Source: an uncultured Candidatus Saccharibacteria bacterium (GTDB taxonomy: Bacteria > Patescibacteriota > Minisyncoccia > Phycocordibacterales > UBA2100). From it: a stretch of DNA of 64,000 nt. The notes below the pieces were generated by a model that was not told the DNA's origin, searched no databases, and saw only the letters and a program-made list of their open reading frames with translations. The translations under genes and the position numbers were made by a program. The stretch lies in assembly GCA_964534465.1 (NCBI GenBank), contig CAZHOB010000001.1, positions 33,870 to 97,869 on the forward strand, in the 5' to 3' direction. Below, one piece after another: positions 1 through 9,140 of the stretch (the stretch's first letter is position 1; each line of letters begins with the position of its first letter).

Positions 1-383
1 CTTTTTGCGCGGCCGTCGTCGGTGGACTCCTCGCATTTTTATGGTTCAACGTACCGCCCGCGCGTTACTACATGAGCGATACCGGCACGATGGGCCTCAC
101 GCTCGCGCTCGCCGTCGTTGCGTTCATGACGGACAATTTGGGTGGAGGAGTAGGCATCGCTGTCTTACCTGTCATCGGGGCCCTGCTCGTCATCACGGTC
201 GCATCCAACATCGCGCAGATGATATCCAAAACTCTCTTCGGTAAGAAACTCTTCCGTATCGCGCCGTTGCATCATCATTTCGAATCGCTCGGCTGGCCCG
301 GCTACAAAGTCGCCATGCGTTACTGGATTCTCTCCGTCATGTTCGCATTCACGGGCGTCATTCTCGCGCTTTCGGTTCTCTAA
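1..383 (+). CDS. mraY: Phospho-N-acetylmuramoyl-pentapeptide transferase, C-terminal part (5' end outside window)
   Basis: C-terminal MraY signature ...KKLFRIAPLHHHFESLGWPGYKVAMRYWI...; polytopic membrane; followed by ftsW and murG in a division/cell-wall gene cluster. Confidence 0.8.
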   Translation, partial: FCAAVVGGLLAFLWFNVPPARYYMSDTGTMGLTLALAVVAFMTDNLGGGVGIAVLPVIGALLVITVASNIAQMISKTLFGKKLFRIAPLHHHFESLGWPGYKVAMRYWILSVMFAFTGVILALSVL

Positions 384-389
384 AAAAGC

Positions 390-1493
390 ATGGGAAAGGG
401 AAGACATGTAGATACAACTCTCTCAATACTCCTCGCCTTGCTCGTCATAGCCGGACTATTCATTTTTTCGTCCGCAGCCTTCGGATTTCTCGGTCGTGGC
501 GCGAGCAACATCTCTTCGATCGCGTTCAATCATCTCGTACTCGGCGTGGGAGTAGGGCTTGTGCTGCTTGTGGCCATGGTTGCTATTGATTACCATGTGT
601 GGCGTGTGGGAGCGCCGTATATTTTTGTGGCGGCCATCCTTTTCACTTCGTTCGTTTTCATTCCACACATTGGCATGGAGCATGGCGGGGGGCGACGCTG
701 GCTCTCGCTGCTCGGTATCACGGTACAGCCATCAGAAGGATTGAAGCTCGCCGTCATACTCATGGCCTCGGCGTATTTTGCGACTATCAAACACAAAGTG
801 GAGACCATCCAATTCGGCCTCCTTGGATTCATTGCGCTCATCGCATTTCCCGCGTTCATTCTGATCGCCCAGCCTGATCTCGGCACGCTCGGCGTTATCG
901 TACTCTCCGCGGGTGCGGTATTTTTTTGCTCCGGTGCACGCGTGCGCGATATCGCTGTGGCGTTTTGCATCGCCGTTCTCGCGCTTGGCGTCATGGCGAT
1001 AGCGAAGCCCTACGTGCGTGATCGGGTCATGACATTCCTCGATCCCGCCAAGGGTCAGAACGCGGAAAGTTATCAGATACGCCAATCACTCATCGCCATC
1101 GGCTCCGGCGGCTTTTTCGGCAGGGGATTCGGACAGGGGATACAAAAGTTCACCTATTTGCCCGAGCCGATGGGTGATTCCATCTTTGCCGTCGCCGGCG
1201 AAGAGCTCGGATTCGTCGGCTCCGCGACGCTCATCCTGCTTTTTCTTGCTTTTGGTCTTCGCGGTTTTGCCATCGCATCAAGTGCCCCTGATGCCTTCGG
1301 CTTCTTGATGGCCGTCGGTATTTCCACCTACCTCACTGCCGAGGCCTTCATCAATATAGCCGCCATGCTCGGGCTCGCTCCGCTCACCGGCATTCCGCTC
1401 ACATTCATTTCCCAAGGCGGCTCCGCCGTGCTCGTCTCCCTCGCGAGCGCAGGAATACTTCTCAATATTTCGAGATATCGGATAAAGCGGTAA
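390..1493 (+). CDS. ftsW: SEDS family peptidoglycan polymerase FtsW/RodA
   Basis: 367 aa polytopic membrane protein with FtsW/RodA-like sequence, located between mraY and murG. Confidence 0.85.
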   Translation: MGKGRHVDTTLSILLALLVIAGLFIFSSAAFGFLGRGASNISSIAFNHLVLGVGVGLVLLVAMVAIDYHVWRVGAPYIFVAAILFTSFVFIPHIGMEHGGGRRWLSLLGITVQPSEGLKLAVILMASAYFATIKHKVETIQFGLLGFIALIAFPAFILIAQPDLGTLGVIVLSAGAVFFCSGARVRDIAVAFCIAVLALGVMAIAKPYVRDRVMTFLDPAKGQNAESYQIRQSLIAIGSGGFFGRGFGQGIQKFTYLPEPMGDSIFAVAGEELGFVGSATLILLFLAFGLRGFAIASSAPDAFGFLMAVGISTYLTAEAFINIAAMLGLAPLTGIPLTFISQGGSAVLVSLASAGILLNISRYRIKR

Positions 1494-1892
1494 TATTGAC
1501 ATGTAATGGAATACGTGTTAAATAAGTTATAGGTATTAGGTGGGGGGGTGGCGATGTTCAGCCAAGCCGGACCGGGGTTTCGAATCTACTGTGACACTAA
1601 GGCTCGCGTTCTGCGAGTGGCAACGAACACGTTCGCGTCTGTTCCGGGTCTTAAGCCGCAGTGGGACGAAAGCGAGGAGTTTACCACCGAAGAAGCATGG
1701 CACAATAGCGCTTTCTCAAACCGCGTTACCGATGAAGCGGTGCGCGAGACCATCGACTGGTTTTGGATCGACATGTCACAAACTTCAGGATAACGAGGCT
1801 CATCTTTGCGGGTGGGTCTCTACTTTTTTGCACCCGCCACCTACTGGCGCAGGGCACTGCACTCGCCTCCGCTCGTTTGATACAATAGTGAA

Positions 1893-3014
1893 ATGCGCAT
1901 CGTGTTCACCGGCGGCGGGACGGGCGGGCATTTTTACCCACTTATTGCGGTCGCTGAGGCTATAGAGGACATCTGCAAAGAGCGCACCCTCATCGAGCCG
2001 GAGCTCTTCTACACCGGCTCCGCCCCCTTCGACCCGCAGGCGCTGCAGGAGCACGATATTACGCACCTTTCGAGCTCGTCGGGGAAATCCGATGTGTTCG
2101 GTTTTTTCAAAAATCTGTGGGGTATTTATCGCGCCACGATCCAGCTTTTCGGGCTGTACCCGGATGTCATCTTCAGCACGGGCGGGTATGCTGCGTTTCC
2201 TACCCTTTATGCGGCCCGCTTATTGCACATTCCCGTGGTTATTTACGACGCCGACGCGGCGCCCGGCAAGGTATCGCTTTGGTCATCGAGTTTTGCCAAA
2301 TGGATAGCCGTGGCACACCCCGATGCCGCAAAAAAATTCTCCGCCAAGGTGCGCAACAGGATCGCGCGCACCGGCCATCCCATCCGAAAAGAAATAGAAC
2401 ATCCCGCCAAAGAAGGCGGTTATGAATTCTTGAAATTAGATGACACTGTGCCCGTCATCTTCATTATGGGCGGCTCGCAAGGTGCCAGAGCGATCAACGA
2501 AGTCGTCATCGACGCTCTGCCCGACCTCGTTACGAGGTACGATGTCGTCCATCAGGTCGGCGCTGCCAATCTGAAGGGTATGACAGGTCTCGCATCGGTC
2601 GTGCTCAAAGATTCGCAATTCAAAGAGCGCTACAGGGTTTTCGGCCTGCTCAACACGCTCGCGCTGCGTATGACGGCCGGCATCGCATCACTCGTTATTT
2701 CGCGCGCCGGCAGCGGCACGATCTTTGAGATAGCAAGCTGGGGGGTGCCGGCGATCCTGGTTCCCATCCCCAAGGACGTCTCTCACGACCAGATAGAGAA
2801 TGCATTCTCGTACGCGCGCGCCGGAGGCGCGGTGGTCATCGAGCAGGAAAACCTCACGCCGCACATTCTCGCGGCCGAGATCGATCGCCTGCTTGCCAAC
2901 ACGGACATGAAAGAGAAGATGGTCGAATCGGGCAAAATGTTTGCACGCCCCGATGCATCACGTAAAATTGCCGAGATACTGCTCGAGGTCAGCATTTCGC
3001 ACGAACCGCAATGA
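1893..3014 (+). CDS. murG: UDP-GlcNAc:lipid I N-acetylglucosaminyltransferase MurG
   Basis: N-terminal GGTGGH motif (MRIVFTGGGTGGHFYPLIAVAEAI), MurG-like C-terminal Rossmann half. Confidence 0.9.
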   Translation: MRIVFTGGGTGGHFYPLIAVAEAIEDICKERTLIEPELFYTGSAPFDPQALQEHDITHLSSSSGKSDVFGFFKNLWGIYRATIQLFGLYPDVIFSTGGYAAFPTLYAARLLHIPVVIYDADAAPGKVSLWSSSFAKWIAVAHPDAAKKFSAKVRNRIARTGHPIRKEIEHPAKEGGYEFLKLDDTVPVIFIMGGSQGARAINEVVIDALPDLVTRYDVVHQVGAANLKGMTGLASVVLKDSQFKERYRVFGLLNTLALRMTAGIASLVISRAGSGTIFEIASWGVPAILVPIPKDVSHDQIENAFSYARAGGAVVIEQENLTPHILAAEIDRLLANTDMKEKMVESGKMFARPDASRKIAEILLEVSISHEPQ

Positions 3015-3024
3015 TATCTTTTGT

Positions 3025-4365
3025 ATGAACGTCATTACACGATTCCCCCCATCGCCGACAGGCTTTTTTCATATAGGCAGTGCTCGCACCGCGCTCTTCA
3101 ATTATCTGTTCGCCGCTCATCACGGCGGCACCATGTCCATGCGGTTCGAAGACACCGACACTGCGCGGAGCAAAAGGGAATTCGAGGACGATATTTTGGC
3201 GGGTCTCAAATGGCTCGGCATCGAGTATGAAATGCCAAAAGTCTTCCGCCAATCCGAAAAGACACATGACTATCGTAAATATCTGAAACAGCTGATCGAC
3301 TCCGGTCACGCATACGAAGCTGAGGCCGGCAAAGATGACCCCACCAAAAAAGTGATACGTTTCAAAAATCCCGATCTTCTGCTCGTATTTCACGATCTTA
3401 TCCGCGGCGAGATCTCTGTCGAAACAAAAGACCTCAGCGATTTCGTCATTGCCCGCAACATCGACGACCCACTCTACCATCTTTCCGTCGTAATAGACGA
3501 CCACGAAACAGGTGTCACGCATGTGATCCGCGGCGAAGACCATATATCAAACACGCCGCGCCAGATACTCATCCTCGAGGCCCTCGGCTTTCAGCGACCG
3601 CTCTACGCGCACATTCCACTCATTCTTGCGCCGGATCGCTCCAAGCTTTCCAAACGCCACGGTGCCGTCTCTATTAATGAGTATCGTGAGCAAGGTTTTC
3701 TGCCGCAGGCACTCGTCAATTACATCGCTCTTCTCGGGTGGAATTCGGGAGGAGAGAAGGAGCTCTTTTCCATGCAGGAGCTCATCCAGTCCTTCGACCT
3801 CGAGCAGGTCCAAAAAGGAGGTGCCATTTTCGATATCGAGAAGCTGAAGTGGTTCAATAAGGAGTATTTCAAAAAAATGCCGGAGCAGGAATTCGACGAG
3901 CAAGCGCTCGGTATCCTCAAAGACGCATGCACGAAAAGGAGCGGCTCTTTCAATGACGACGTCGCCAAAAAACTTCTTCCGATCATTCGCGAACGCATTT
4001 CCCTCTGGGGCGACATAAAGACCATGGTGGAGAATGGTGAACTGGATTATTTCTTTTACGATCCCCATCCCACTGCTGCCGAAATCCCGCAGAAGGGGAG
4101 TACCAAGGAGATCGCTTCCCTGCACCTCAAGGCAGCCCTCCAGCTGCTTGCTGAGATCGACTTTGCCGACGCTGAAACGATCAAAAAAACCCTGTGGGAT
4201 TACGCCACGGAAAAAGGGCGAGGAGAGGTGCTTTGGCCTCTTCGCTATTCACTTTCCGGCAAAGATCGCTCACCTGATCCATTCGTCATCGCCTCGATAA
4301 TAGGCAAGGAGGCCAGTCTCCGGCGCATCAGCGCGGCACTCATTAAATTGGCCTCCGGTGCATGA
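3025..4365 (+). CDS. gltX: Glutamyl-tRNA synthetase
   Basis: Class I aaRS motifs PPSPTGFFHIGSARTALFNY (HIGH) and KLSKRHG (KMSKS). Start moved to ATG 3025 to avoid overlapping murG. Confidence 0.9.
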   Translation: MNVITRFPPSPTGFFHIGSARTALFNYLFAAHHGGTMSMRFEDTDTARSKREFEDDILAGLKWLGIEYEMPKVFRQSEKTHDYRKYLKQLIDSGHAYEAEAGKDDPTKKVIRFKNPDLLLVFHDLIRGEISVETKDLSDFVIARNIDDPLYHLSVVIDDHETGVTHVIRGEDHISNTPRQILILEALGFQRPLYAHIPLILAPDRSKLSKRHGAVSINEYREQGFLPQALVNYIALLGWNSGGEKELFSMQELIQSFDLEQVQKGGAIFDIEKLKWFNKEYFKKMPEQEFDEQALGILKDACTKRSGSFNDDVAKKLLPIIRERISLWGDIKTMVENGELDYFFYDPHPTAAEIPQKGSTKEIASLHLKAALQLLAEIDFADAETIKKTLWDYATEKGRGEVLWPLRYSLSGKDRSPDPFVIASIIGKEASLRRISAALIKLASGA

Positions 4366-5645
4366 ACAGGTGGCTGACATACCCGGCCATCTTTGCCGTC
4401 TTGATAGCTCCGGCAATATCGTATTCGCAACAAGCGACATCGACCGTCGCGCAGTTGCAGCAGCAGATCGATGACCAGAGTACACAGATAAAGCAGCTTG
4501 ATGACGAGATCGCACAATACCAGGTCCAGCTAGATGAAACTTCAAGCAAAAAGCAAACGCTGCAGAACACCGTTACGCAATTGGCGCTTTCCATAAAAAA
4601 GACGACCGCTCAGGTAACCAAGACCAAGAGTCAGATCAAGACTACACAGCTTCAGATACAGGAACTTTCTCACAACATCGAAGGGAAGCAGGATTCCATC
4701 GATACCAATACTGATGCGCTCAAGGAGAGTGTTCGCAGGCTCGATGAAGTGGAATCAAAACCCCTCGCACAGTCGATGCTCTCGTCAGGTCGCATATCGG
4801 AGGCATGGGAGGACGCGGAAAATATCAGTACACTGCAAGCCGCCGTGCGCGACCATATCACTCAATTGTCCAAAGAAAAACAATCACTCGATGATACGAA
4901 GAAGGCTACGGAGGACAAAAAAACTCAACTCGTGCACCAGCAAAATACGCTGCTCGCACAACAAGGCTCGCTCAGCGCCACGAAAAATGCACAAACCGAT
5001 CTTCTCAAAGAGACCAAGAATCAGGAGTCCAACTTCCAATCCATACTTGAGCAAAAACGCGCGGCAAAAGCAGCCTTCGAACAAGCGCTCAACAATCTTC
5101 AGTCAAAGTTGCAGTACGCAGTGGATCTTTCGAAGGTTACGCCAGCCGGAAAGGGTGTTTTGCAATGGCCGCTTGATGTAGTGCGCATTACGCAGTATTT
5201 CGGCAACACGCCTTTCGCCCAATCCGGTGCGTACAATGGCAAGGGCCACAACGGTATCGATCTTGCGGCATCTATTGGCACGCCGGTCAAAGCGGCGCTC
5301 ACGGGCCAAGTGATAGGTACCGGCAACACCGATACCGCACGCGGCTGCTACTCGTTCGGCAAATGGGTCATGGTCAAACACGGCAATGGACTCAACACGA
5401 TGTACGCGCACCTCTCACAAATAAACGTAACGAGCGGCCAGATCGTCGGGACCGGCGAGGTCATCGGCTACAGCGGCGAAACCGGTTACGCGACCGGTCC
5501 GCACCTGCACTTCGGTGTCTACGTCTCGGCCGCCACGCAAATTTTGCGACTAGGGGATGCGACAGCCTCAAAAACACCCTGCGCTGACGCAGTCATGCCC
5601 GTAGTTCCGCTTTCAGGATACTTGAACCCAATGAGCTACTTGTAA
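4362..5645 (+). CDS. M23 family metallopeptidase with N-terminal coiled coil (EnvC-like murein hydrolase activator)
   Basis: Long Q/K/E-rich coiled coil followed by a C-terminal M23 domain (GIDLAA...HGNGLNTMYAHL...GETGYATGPHLHFGV). ATGA overlap with the gltX stop. Confidence 0.8.
   Translation: MNRWLTYPAIFAVLIAPAISYSQQATSTVAQLQQQIDDQSTQIKQLDDEIAQYQVQLDETSSKKQTLQNTVTQLALSIKKTTAQVTKTKSQIKTTQLQIQELSHNIEGKQDSIDTNTDALKESVRRLDEVESKPLAQSMLSSGRISEAWEDAENISTLQAAVRDHITQLSKEKQSLDDTKKATEDKKTQLVHQQNTLLAQQGSLSATKNAQTDLLKETKNQESNFQSILEQKRAAKAAFEQALNNLQSKLQYAVDLSKVTPAGKGVLQWPLDVVRITQYFGNTPFAQSGAYNGKGHNGIDLAASIGTPVKAALTGQVIGTGNTDTARGCYSFGKWVMVKHGNGLNTMYAHLSQINVTSGQIVGTGEVIGYSGETGYATGPHLHFGVYVSAATQILRLGDATASKTPCADAVMPVVPLSGYLNPMSYL
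5607..5638. repeat. 32-bp perfect direct repeat, copy 1 (3' end of the M23 peptidase gene); ~43 bp with 4 mismatches when extended to 5601-5643
   Basis: ccgctttcaggatacttgaacccaatgagcta is identical to 6921-6952. Confidence 0.9.
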
Positions 5646-5806
5646 AGACACCAACTCCCCCGAAATTAGCAAAAAATGTGGGCGAGACAGGCGACACGGC
5701 ACCCTTTAGCCGACAAATAAGCTCGCTCAATAGCGCACACGCGTCTTGTAAAACATGCAACATGTTGTATTCTGGCTTTGGTCTCGTTCTTTTGAAAGGA
5801 ACAATC

Positions 5807-6328
5807 ATGCCGCAGATCAAAGCTAGTGCCGGTACACCAAAAGTCCTCTCCACGAATCCTTTTCCCACAGATCCCGATCGTGCGGCCATCTGGACCATGC
5901 TCGTCGAGCGTGATATCGCGGCCTACGTGGCAGCGGATTGGTCGATGGTCGAGGATGACTTCATCGCCGATGAATTCATGGGCATCAGCGGCAATCGCGC
6001 CGACGATCCCGACAAATGGACCATCAGCTTTCCCTCGCTCGATGCATATCGCGACCTTTGGCTCGATGCAGCGCATGCGGGTCGGGGTGTCAGTTATGCC
6101 GAAGATTGGGAAGCCGGCATCCACCGGGCAACGAGCCTCACAGAGATCGAGATCGCCGGCGATCGTGCCATTGCGCATAAGAAGTTTAATGGTGAGATCA
6201 AGCGCTTTGATGGTGGCGTAGACAGGCTCAATTGGCAGACGCTGTATTTCTGCCGCAAGGTCGGCGGGCAATGGAAGCTGACGGGATTTGTGGGTTTTCT
6301 TCCGTATCCCATGGGCACGCAAGAATAA
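5807..6328 (+). CDS. SnoaL/NTF2-like fold hypothetical protein
   Basis: 173 aa from an ATG preceded by aaagga; W/D-rich pattern typical of NTF2-like/DUF4440 proteins; the call is tentative. Confidence 0.45.
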   Translation: MPQIKASAGTPKVLSTNPFPTDPDRAAIWTMLVERDIAAYVAADWSMVEDDFIADEFMGISGNRADDPDKWTISFPSLDAYRDLWLDAAHAGRGVSYAEDWEAGIHRATSLTEIEIAGDRAIAHKKFNGEIKRFDGGVDRLNWQTLYFCRKVGGQWKLTGFVGFLPYPMGTQE

Positions 6329-6421
6329 GTCAGTGTAAAAGGTATTTGGCTCCCATTACTCGGGAGCTTTCTTTTTTACGGCACATGCGTATAGTGACTG
6401 CAGCGAAATGGAGAATTAAAA

Positions 6422-6874
6422 ATGAAAATGAACTGGCTTATCCAGAGCTCTCTGAGCGTACCGTTGCTCATGATCGCATGGTTGTCGATCCGGTTTTTTC
6501 AGAAAAATCTTGGTGTTCCTGCGCCGGTTTTCCTGTTTTGGTATCTGGTCGGCGGCGCAATTATAGTGGGCCTGTATGTGCGATGGGTCGGTGAATCGCT
6601 TGCGCCATCGTGGGGAATGGTGGCCGCACTTTTGGTCATTGGCCTCACACTTTGCGGAGTAATAAACTTGCTCACCTTCACCGCAGCAGCGAACGCACCC
6701 AATCCGGGACTGCCGGTGGCAATTCAGAACACGACAAGCATATGCACATTTTTGATGGCCATCCTGCTCGCGTGGCTTGTGCCGGCCTACTTCACCGCTA
6801 CCCCGTTCGGCTGGAAAGATTTTGCGGGCATAGTATTTGTTGTCATCGGTGCCAGCTTGATCGCTGTACGTTAG
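6422..6874 (+). CDS. Small 4-TM membrane protein (EamA/DMT-like half transporter)
   Basis: 150 aa, four hydrophobic helices, no antisense gene with better support. Confidence 0.5.
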   Translation: MKMNWLIQSSLSVPLLMIAWLSIRFFQKNLGVPAPVFLFWYLVGGAIIVGLYVRWVGESLAPSWGMVAALLVIGLTLCGVINLLTFTAAANAPNPGLPVAIQNTTSICTFLMAILLAWLVPAYFTATPFGWKDFAGIVFVVIGASLIAVR

Positions 6875-6920
6875 GATATCTGGCTCCGCTTTATTGCGGA
6901 GCTTTTTGTTATGTTGATCA

Positions 6921-6952
6921 TGGCGTCGTCCCGCTTTCAGGATACTTGAACC
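6921..6952. repeat. 32-bp perfect direct repeat, copy 2, lying in an intergenic region
   Basis: Identical to 5607-5638. Re-creates the codons VPLSGYLNPMSYL of the M23 gene C-terminus outside any real gene. Confidence 0.9.
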
Positions 6953-7040
6953 CAATGAGCTATTTATGGAGCAGATTGATTCTGGACGCGACCTGTGGCA
7001 TAACGAATACAGTTCTTTAACATTGCGATAAGGTGAAACA

Positions 7041-7649
7041 ATGCGAAAAGTCACACTGACACTCGACTACAAGCCCCTTGAGAAGCTTGTTGAACTTATA
7101 GACGAACCCAACAGGTCTGCCTGTCACAAACTCTTGCGAGATAATCGGGCGCTTTTCGAAAGTACCCGTGGCTCGACATACAACCATCAGATATGGCCGG
7201 GGGGTTACATCGACCACATCACGGACGGCATGAATTATGCGGATCATTTATACGACTTCGATGCGTCCTTCGGCCGACCGCTGCCATTTTCCAAATCCGA
7301 CGCGCTGCTGGCATTCTTCTTGCATGATCTCGAAAAACCCTGGGCGTTCGGGGTAAATGAGAAAGGCGAGCCCATACGACTACCGGGATTTGACACAAAG
7401 CCCGCCATGCAAGAATTTCGCGAAGAGAAAATTGCGGCCTATGGCTTCGAGCTGACCCCGTATCAGGAGAACGGATATAAATACGCCGAGGGCGAACTCA
7501 ACGACTATTCGCCCAAACGTCGCGTCATGAATGAACTGGCGTCATTTGTACACAAAATTGACAATTGGTCCGCCCGCGGATGGTACAACTACCCAAAGGC
7601 AGAAGGCGATGAGTGGATCGGTGCTAAAAGATTTCGCAGCTCTGATTGA
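7041..7649 (+). CDS. HD-domain phosphohydrolase
   Basis: H...HD motif (HQIWPGGYIDH ... LLAFFLHDLEKP). Confidence 0.6.
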   Translation: MRKVTLTLDYKPLEKLVELIDEPNRSACHKLLRDNRALFESTRGSTYNHQIWPGGYIDHITDGMNYADHLYDFDASFGRPLPFSKSDALLAFFLHDLEKPWAFGVNEKGEPIRLPGFDTKPAMQEFREEKIAAYGFELTPYQENGYKYAEGELNDYSPKRRVMNELASFVHKIDNWSARGWYNYPKAEGDEWIGAKRFRSSD

Positions 7650-7656
7650 AGTACTG

Positions 7657-7690
7657 GCCCCGGAGACCAACTCTGGGGCTTTTATATATT
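7657..7690 (+). terminator. Rho-independent terminator after the HD-domain gene
   Basis: GCCCCGGAG-ACCAA-CTCTGGGGC followed by TTTTATATATT. Confidence 0.6.
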
Positions 7691-7761
7691 CATGGAGGGT
7701 CTGTCTCCCCCGAATGGCCGTAAAAATCGGGGAGTTACGAGCCGAGATAGGGCGTAAATAC

Positions 7762-7790
7762 AAGCCGAGCTGCCGAGCTCGGATTTTTTT
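7762..7790 (+). terminator. Second hairpin plus T-tract (CCGAGCT-GCCG-AGCTCGG ATTTTTTTT)
   Basis: 7-bp stem followed by T8; lies about 100 nt downstream of the first terminator with no annotated gene between them. Confidence 0.5.
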
Positions 7791-7881
7791 TGAGCGACAA
7801 ATATTTTGGGGAGACGAGCCACGCGCAGCGGGGAGGCATCCTAGAAGGTGAAGGTGTCGCACACCGATAAGTCTCCAGCGG

Positions 7882-7926
7882 CCTTAGATTGTGCGAAGAC
7901 CAATGAGGGCTTTGCACAATCTAAGG
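7882..7926. repeat. 45-nt near-perfect palindrome (16-17 bp stem)
   Basis: CCTTAGATTGTGCGAAG-ACCAATGAGGG-CTTTGCACAATCTAAGG. Confidence 0.8.
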
Positions 7927-7927
7927 G

Positions 7928-7967
7928 ATCTTTTGCGACATTTTGCATGGCATGATGTCGCAAAAGA
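7928..7967. repeat. 40-nt perfect palindrome (14 bp stem)
   Basis: ATCTTTTGCGACAT-TTTGCATGGCATG-ATGTCGCAAAAGAT, immediately adjacent to the previous palindrome. Confidence 0.8.
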
Positions 7968-8168
7968 TATATTGTGCGACGATACGTAATATTACAACAT
8001 GAAGTTATCCACATATCATCTCGCCACGCCGACACACATTGTCAAGTCCTCTACGGCTCTTGCTTCTGACGTATGAAATATTTTTCCGGCGCTTGTTTTT
8101 TTATGTCGTGTGAAAGTCGGTTCGCCGTCTCTCTTCCCCTGCCCCACGAGGGGTATACCCTAAAAAAG

Positions 8169-8774
8169 CTACTTCACTTTCCAAGGAATTTCGTATTGCT
8201 GAAATTCCGGCAACAATTTTCTTCCGTACAAAAGCCTTGAAATAACTTCCGCATGCGAGAGCGCGCCGGTCATAGCATTGTGTGGAGACGGTTCCTTTGG
8301 GATACCGGTGTAGTTGAGAACGGCATCGAGATTGAGAGCCGACCGACGATGCGATACAGGGGGCTGGATGCCGTGATTGACCATATGCATATAGCAGAGC
8401 GTGTGCGTGTCGATGGTGCGATGCGCGAACGGCCAATCGGTGTGCTTAGCCCTTTCCGCCGCCGCTTTCAAAAAATCTCTGTCAAACGATACGTTCTGGC
8501 CGGCGAATGTGCGCTCCTCTACCCCCTCGCTCCATTGTAGGAAAAGGTGAGTCAGTTCTCCTTCTGAAATTTTCCTCGGATCTGTGATCTCCTCTTTCGT
8601 GAAGCCATTGACTTCCATTGCTTCGTCCATTATGTGCGCACCATCCCAGATATGACACTCTTCATAAAAGCGGTTGGAAGGATCGGCAAAATCGAGCGCT
8701 CCCACGCTCACGATGGAGTGCTTGGAATACTCCGTGCCCGAAGCTTCTACATCAAGGACGATCATAGGGCACAT
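8169..8774 (-). CDS. DEDDh 3'-5' exonuclease (DnaQ/oligoribonuclease-like)
   Basis: Exo motifs IVLDVEASG ... [13 protein letters not shown] ... [12 protein letters not shown]. Start set at Met101 of the 301-aa ORF because the upstream part is antisense to rpmA. Confidence 0.6.
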   Translation of the reverse strand: MCPMIVLDVEASGTEYSKHSIVSVGALDFADPSNRFYEECHIWDGAHIMDEAMEVNGFTKEEITDPRKISEGELTHLFLQWSEGVEERTFAGQNVSFDRDFLKAAAERAKHTDWPFAHRTIDTHTLCYMHMVNHGIQPPVSHRRSALNLDAVLNYTGIPKEPSPHNAMTGALSHAEVISRLLYGRKLLPEFQQYEIPWKVK

Positions 8775-8853
8775 TGTAGCCTCGATAGGCGGCCCTACCA
8801 AGCCCCAAAACAGATGCTTGCAGCACTTTCCCAAATACTGTATAGTGTCGCCC

Positions 8854-9132
8854 ATGGCAACAACGAAAGCCGGCGGGTCAGCTAAAAACCTCAACGATTC
8901 AAATCCGAAGTACCTCGGCGTGAAGCGTGCCGACGGACAAAAGGTGGAGATCGGGGAGATCATCGTGCGCCAGCGCGGCACGCTCATCATGCCGGGTCGC
9001 AATATCGGCGTCGGTAAAGACCACACACTTTTTGCGCGCATCGCAGGCAAGGTCAGATTCCGCTCTGTTCGCAAATCAGATTTCGACGGTCGGTCAAATC
9101 GCCGCCGCCTCGTGGAAGTCTTGAAAGCTTAA
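8854..9132 (+). CDS. rpmA: 50S ribosomal protein L27
   Basis: [12 protein letters not shown]...[23 protein letters not shown]...[14 protein letters not shown] matches the L27 consensus. Confidence 0.85.
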   Translation: MATTKAGGSAKNLNDSNPKYLGVKRADGQKVEIGEIIVRQRGTLIMPGRNIGVGKDHTLFARIAGKVRFRSVRKSDFDGRSNRRRLVEVLKA

Positions 9133-9140
9133 GTGCTTAT

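Noticed and set aside
1533-1850. Possible tmRNA or RNase P RNA between ftsW and murG
   Set aside because: It shows a GGGG start, a T-loop-like GGGGTTTCGAATC and a long-range helix. But there is no tRNA-like 3' end (T-arm plus ACCA), no tag ORF ending in ...AA*, and no CR-I or CR-IV RNase P motifs. It is kept only as a low-confidence finding.
6610-7020. 136-aa ORF on the plus strand
   Set aside because: It overlaps the better-supported 4-TM gene out of frame, and its C-terminus is merely the duplicated 32-bp M23-gene fragment.
8775-9074. N-terminal 100 aa of the 301-aa exonuclease ORF (8169-9074)
   Set aside because: This segment is antisense to a clear rpmA (L27) gene, and the conserved exonuclease domain begins at Met101.
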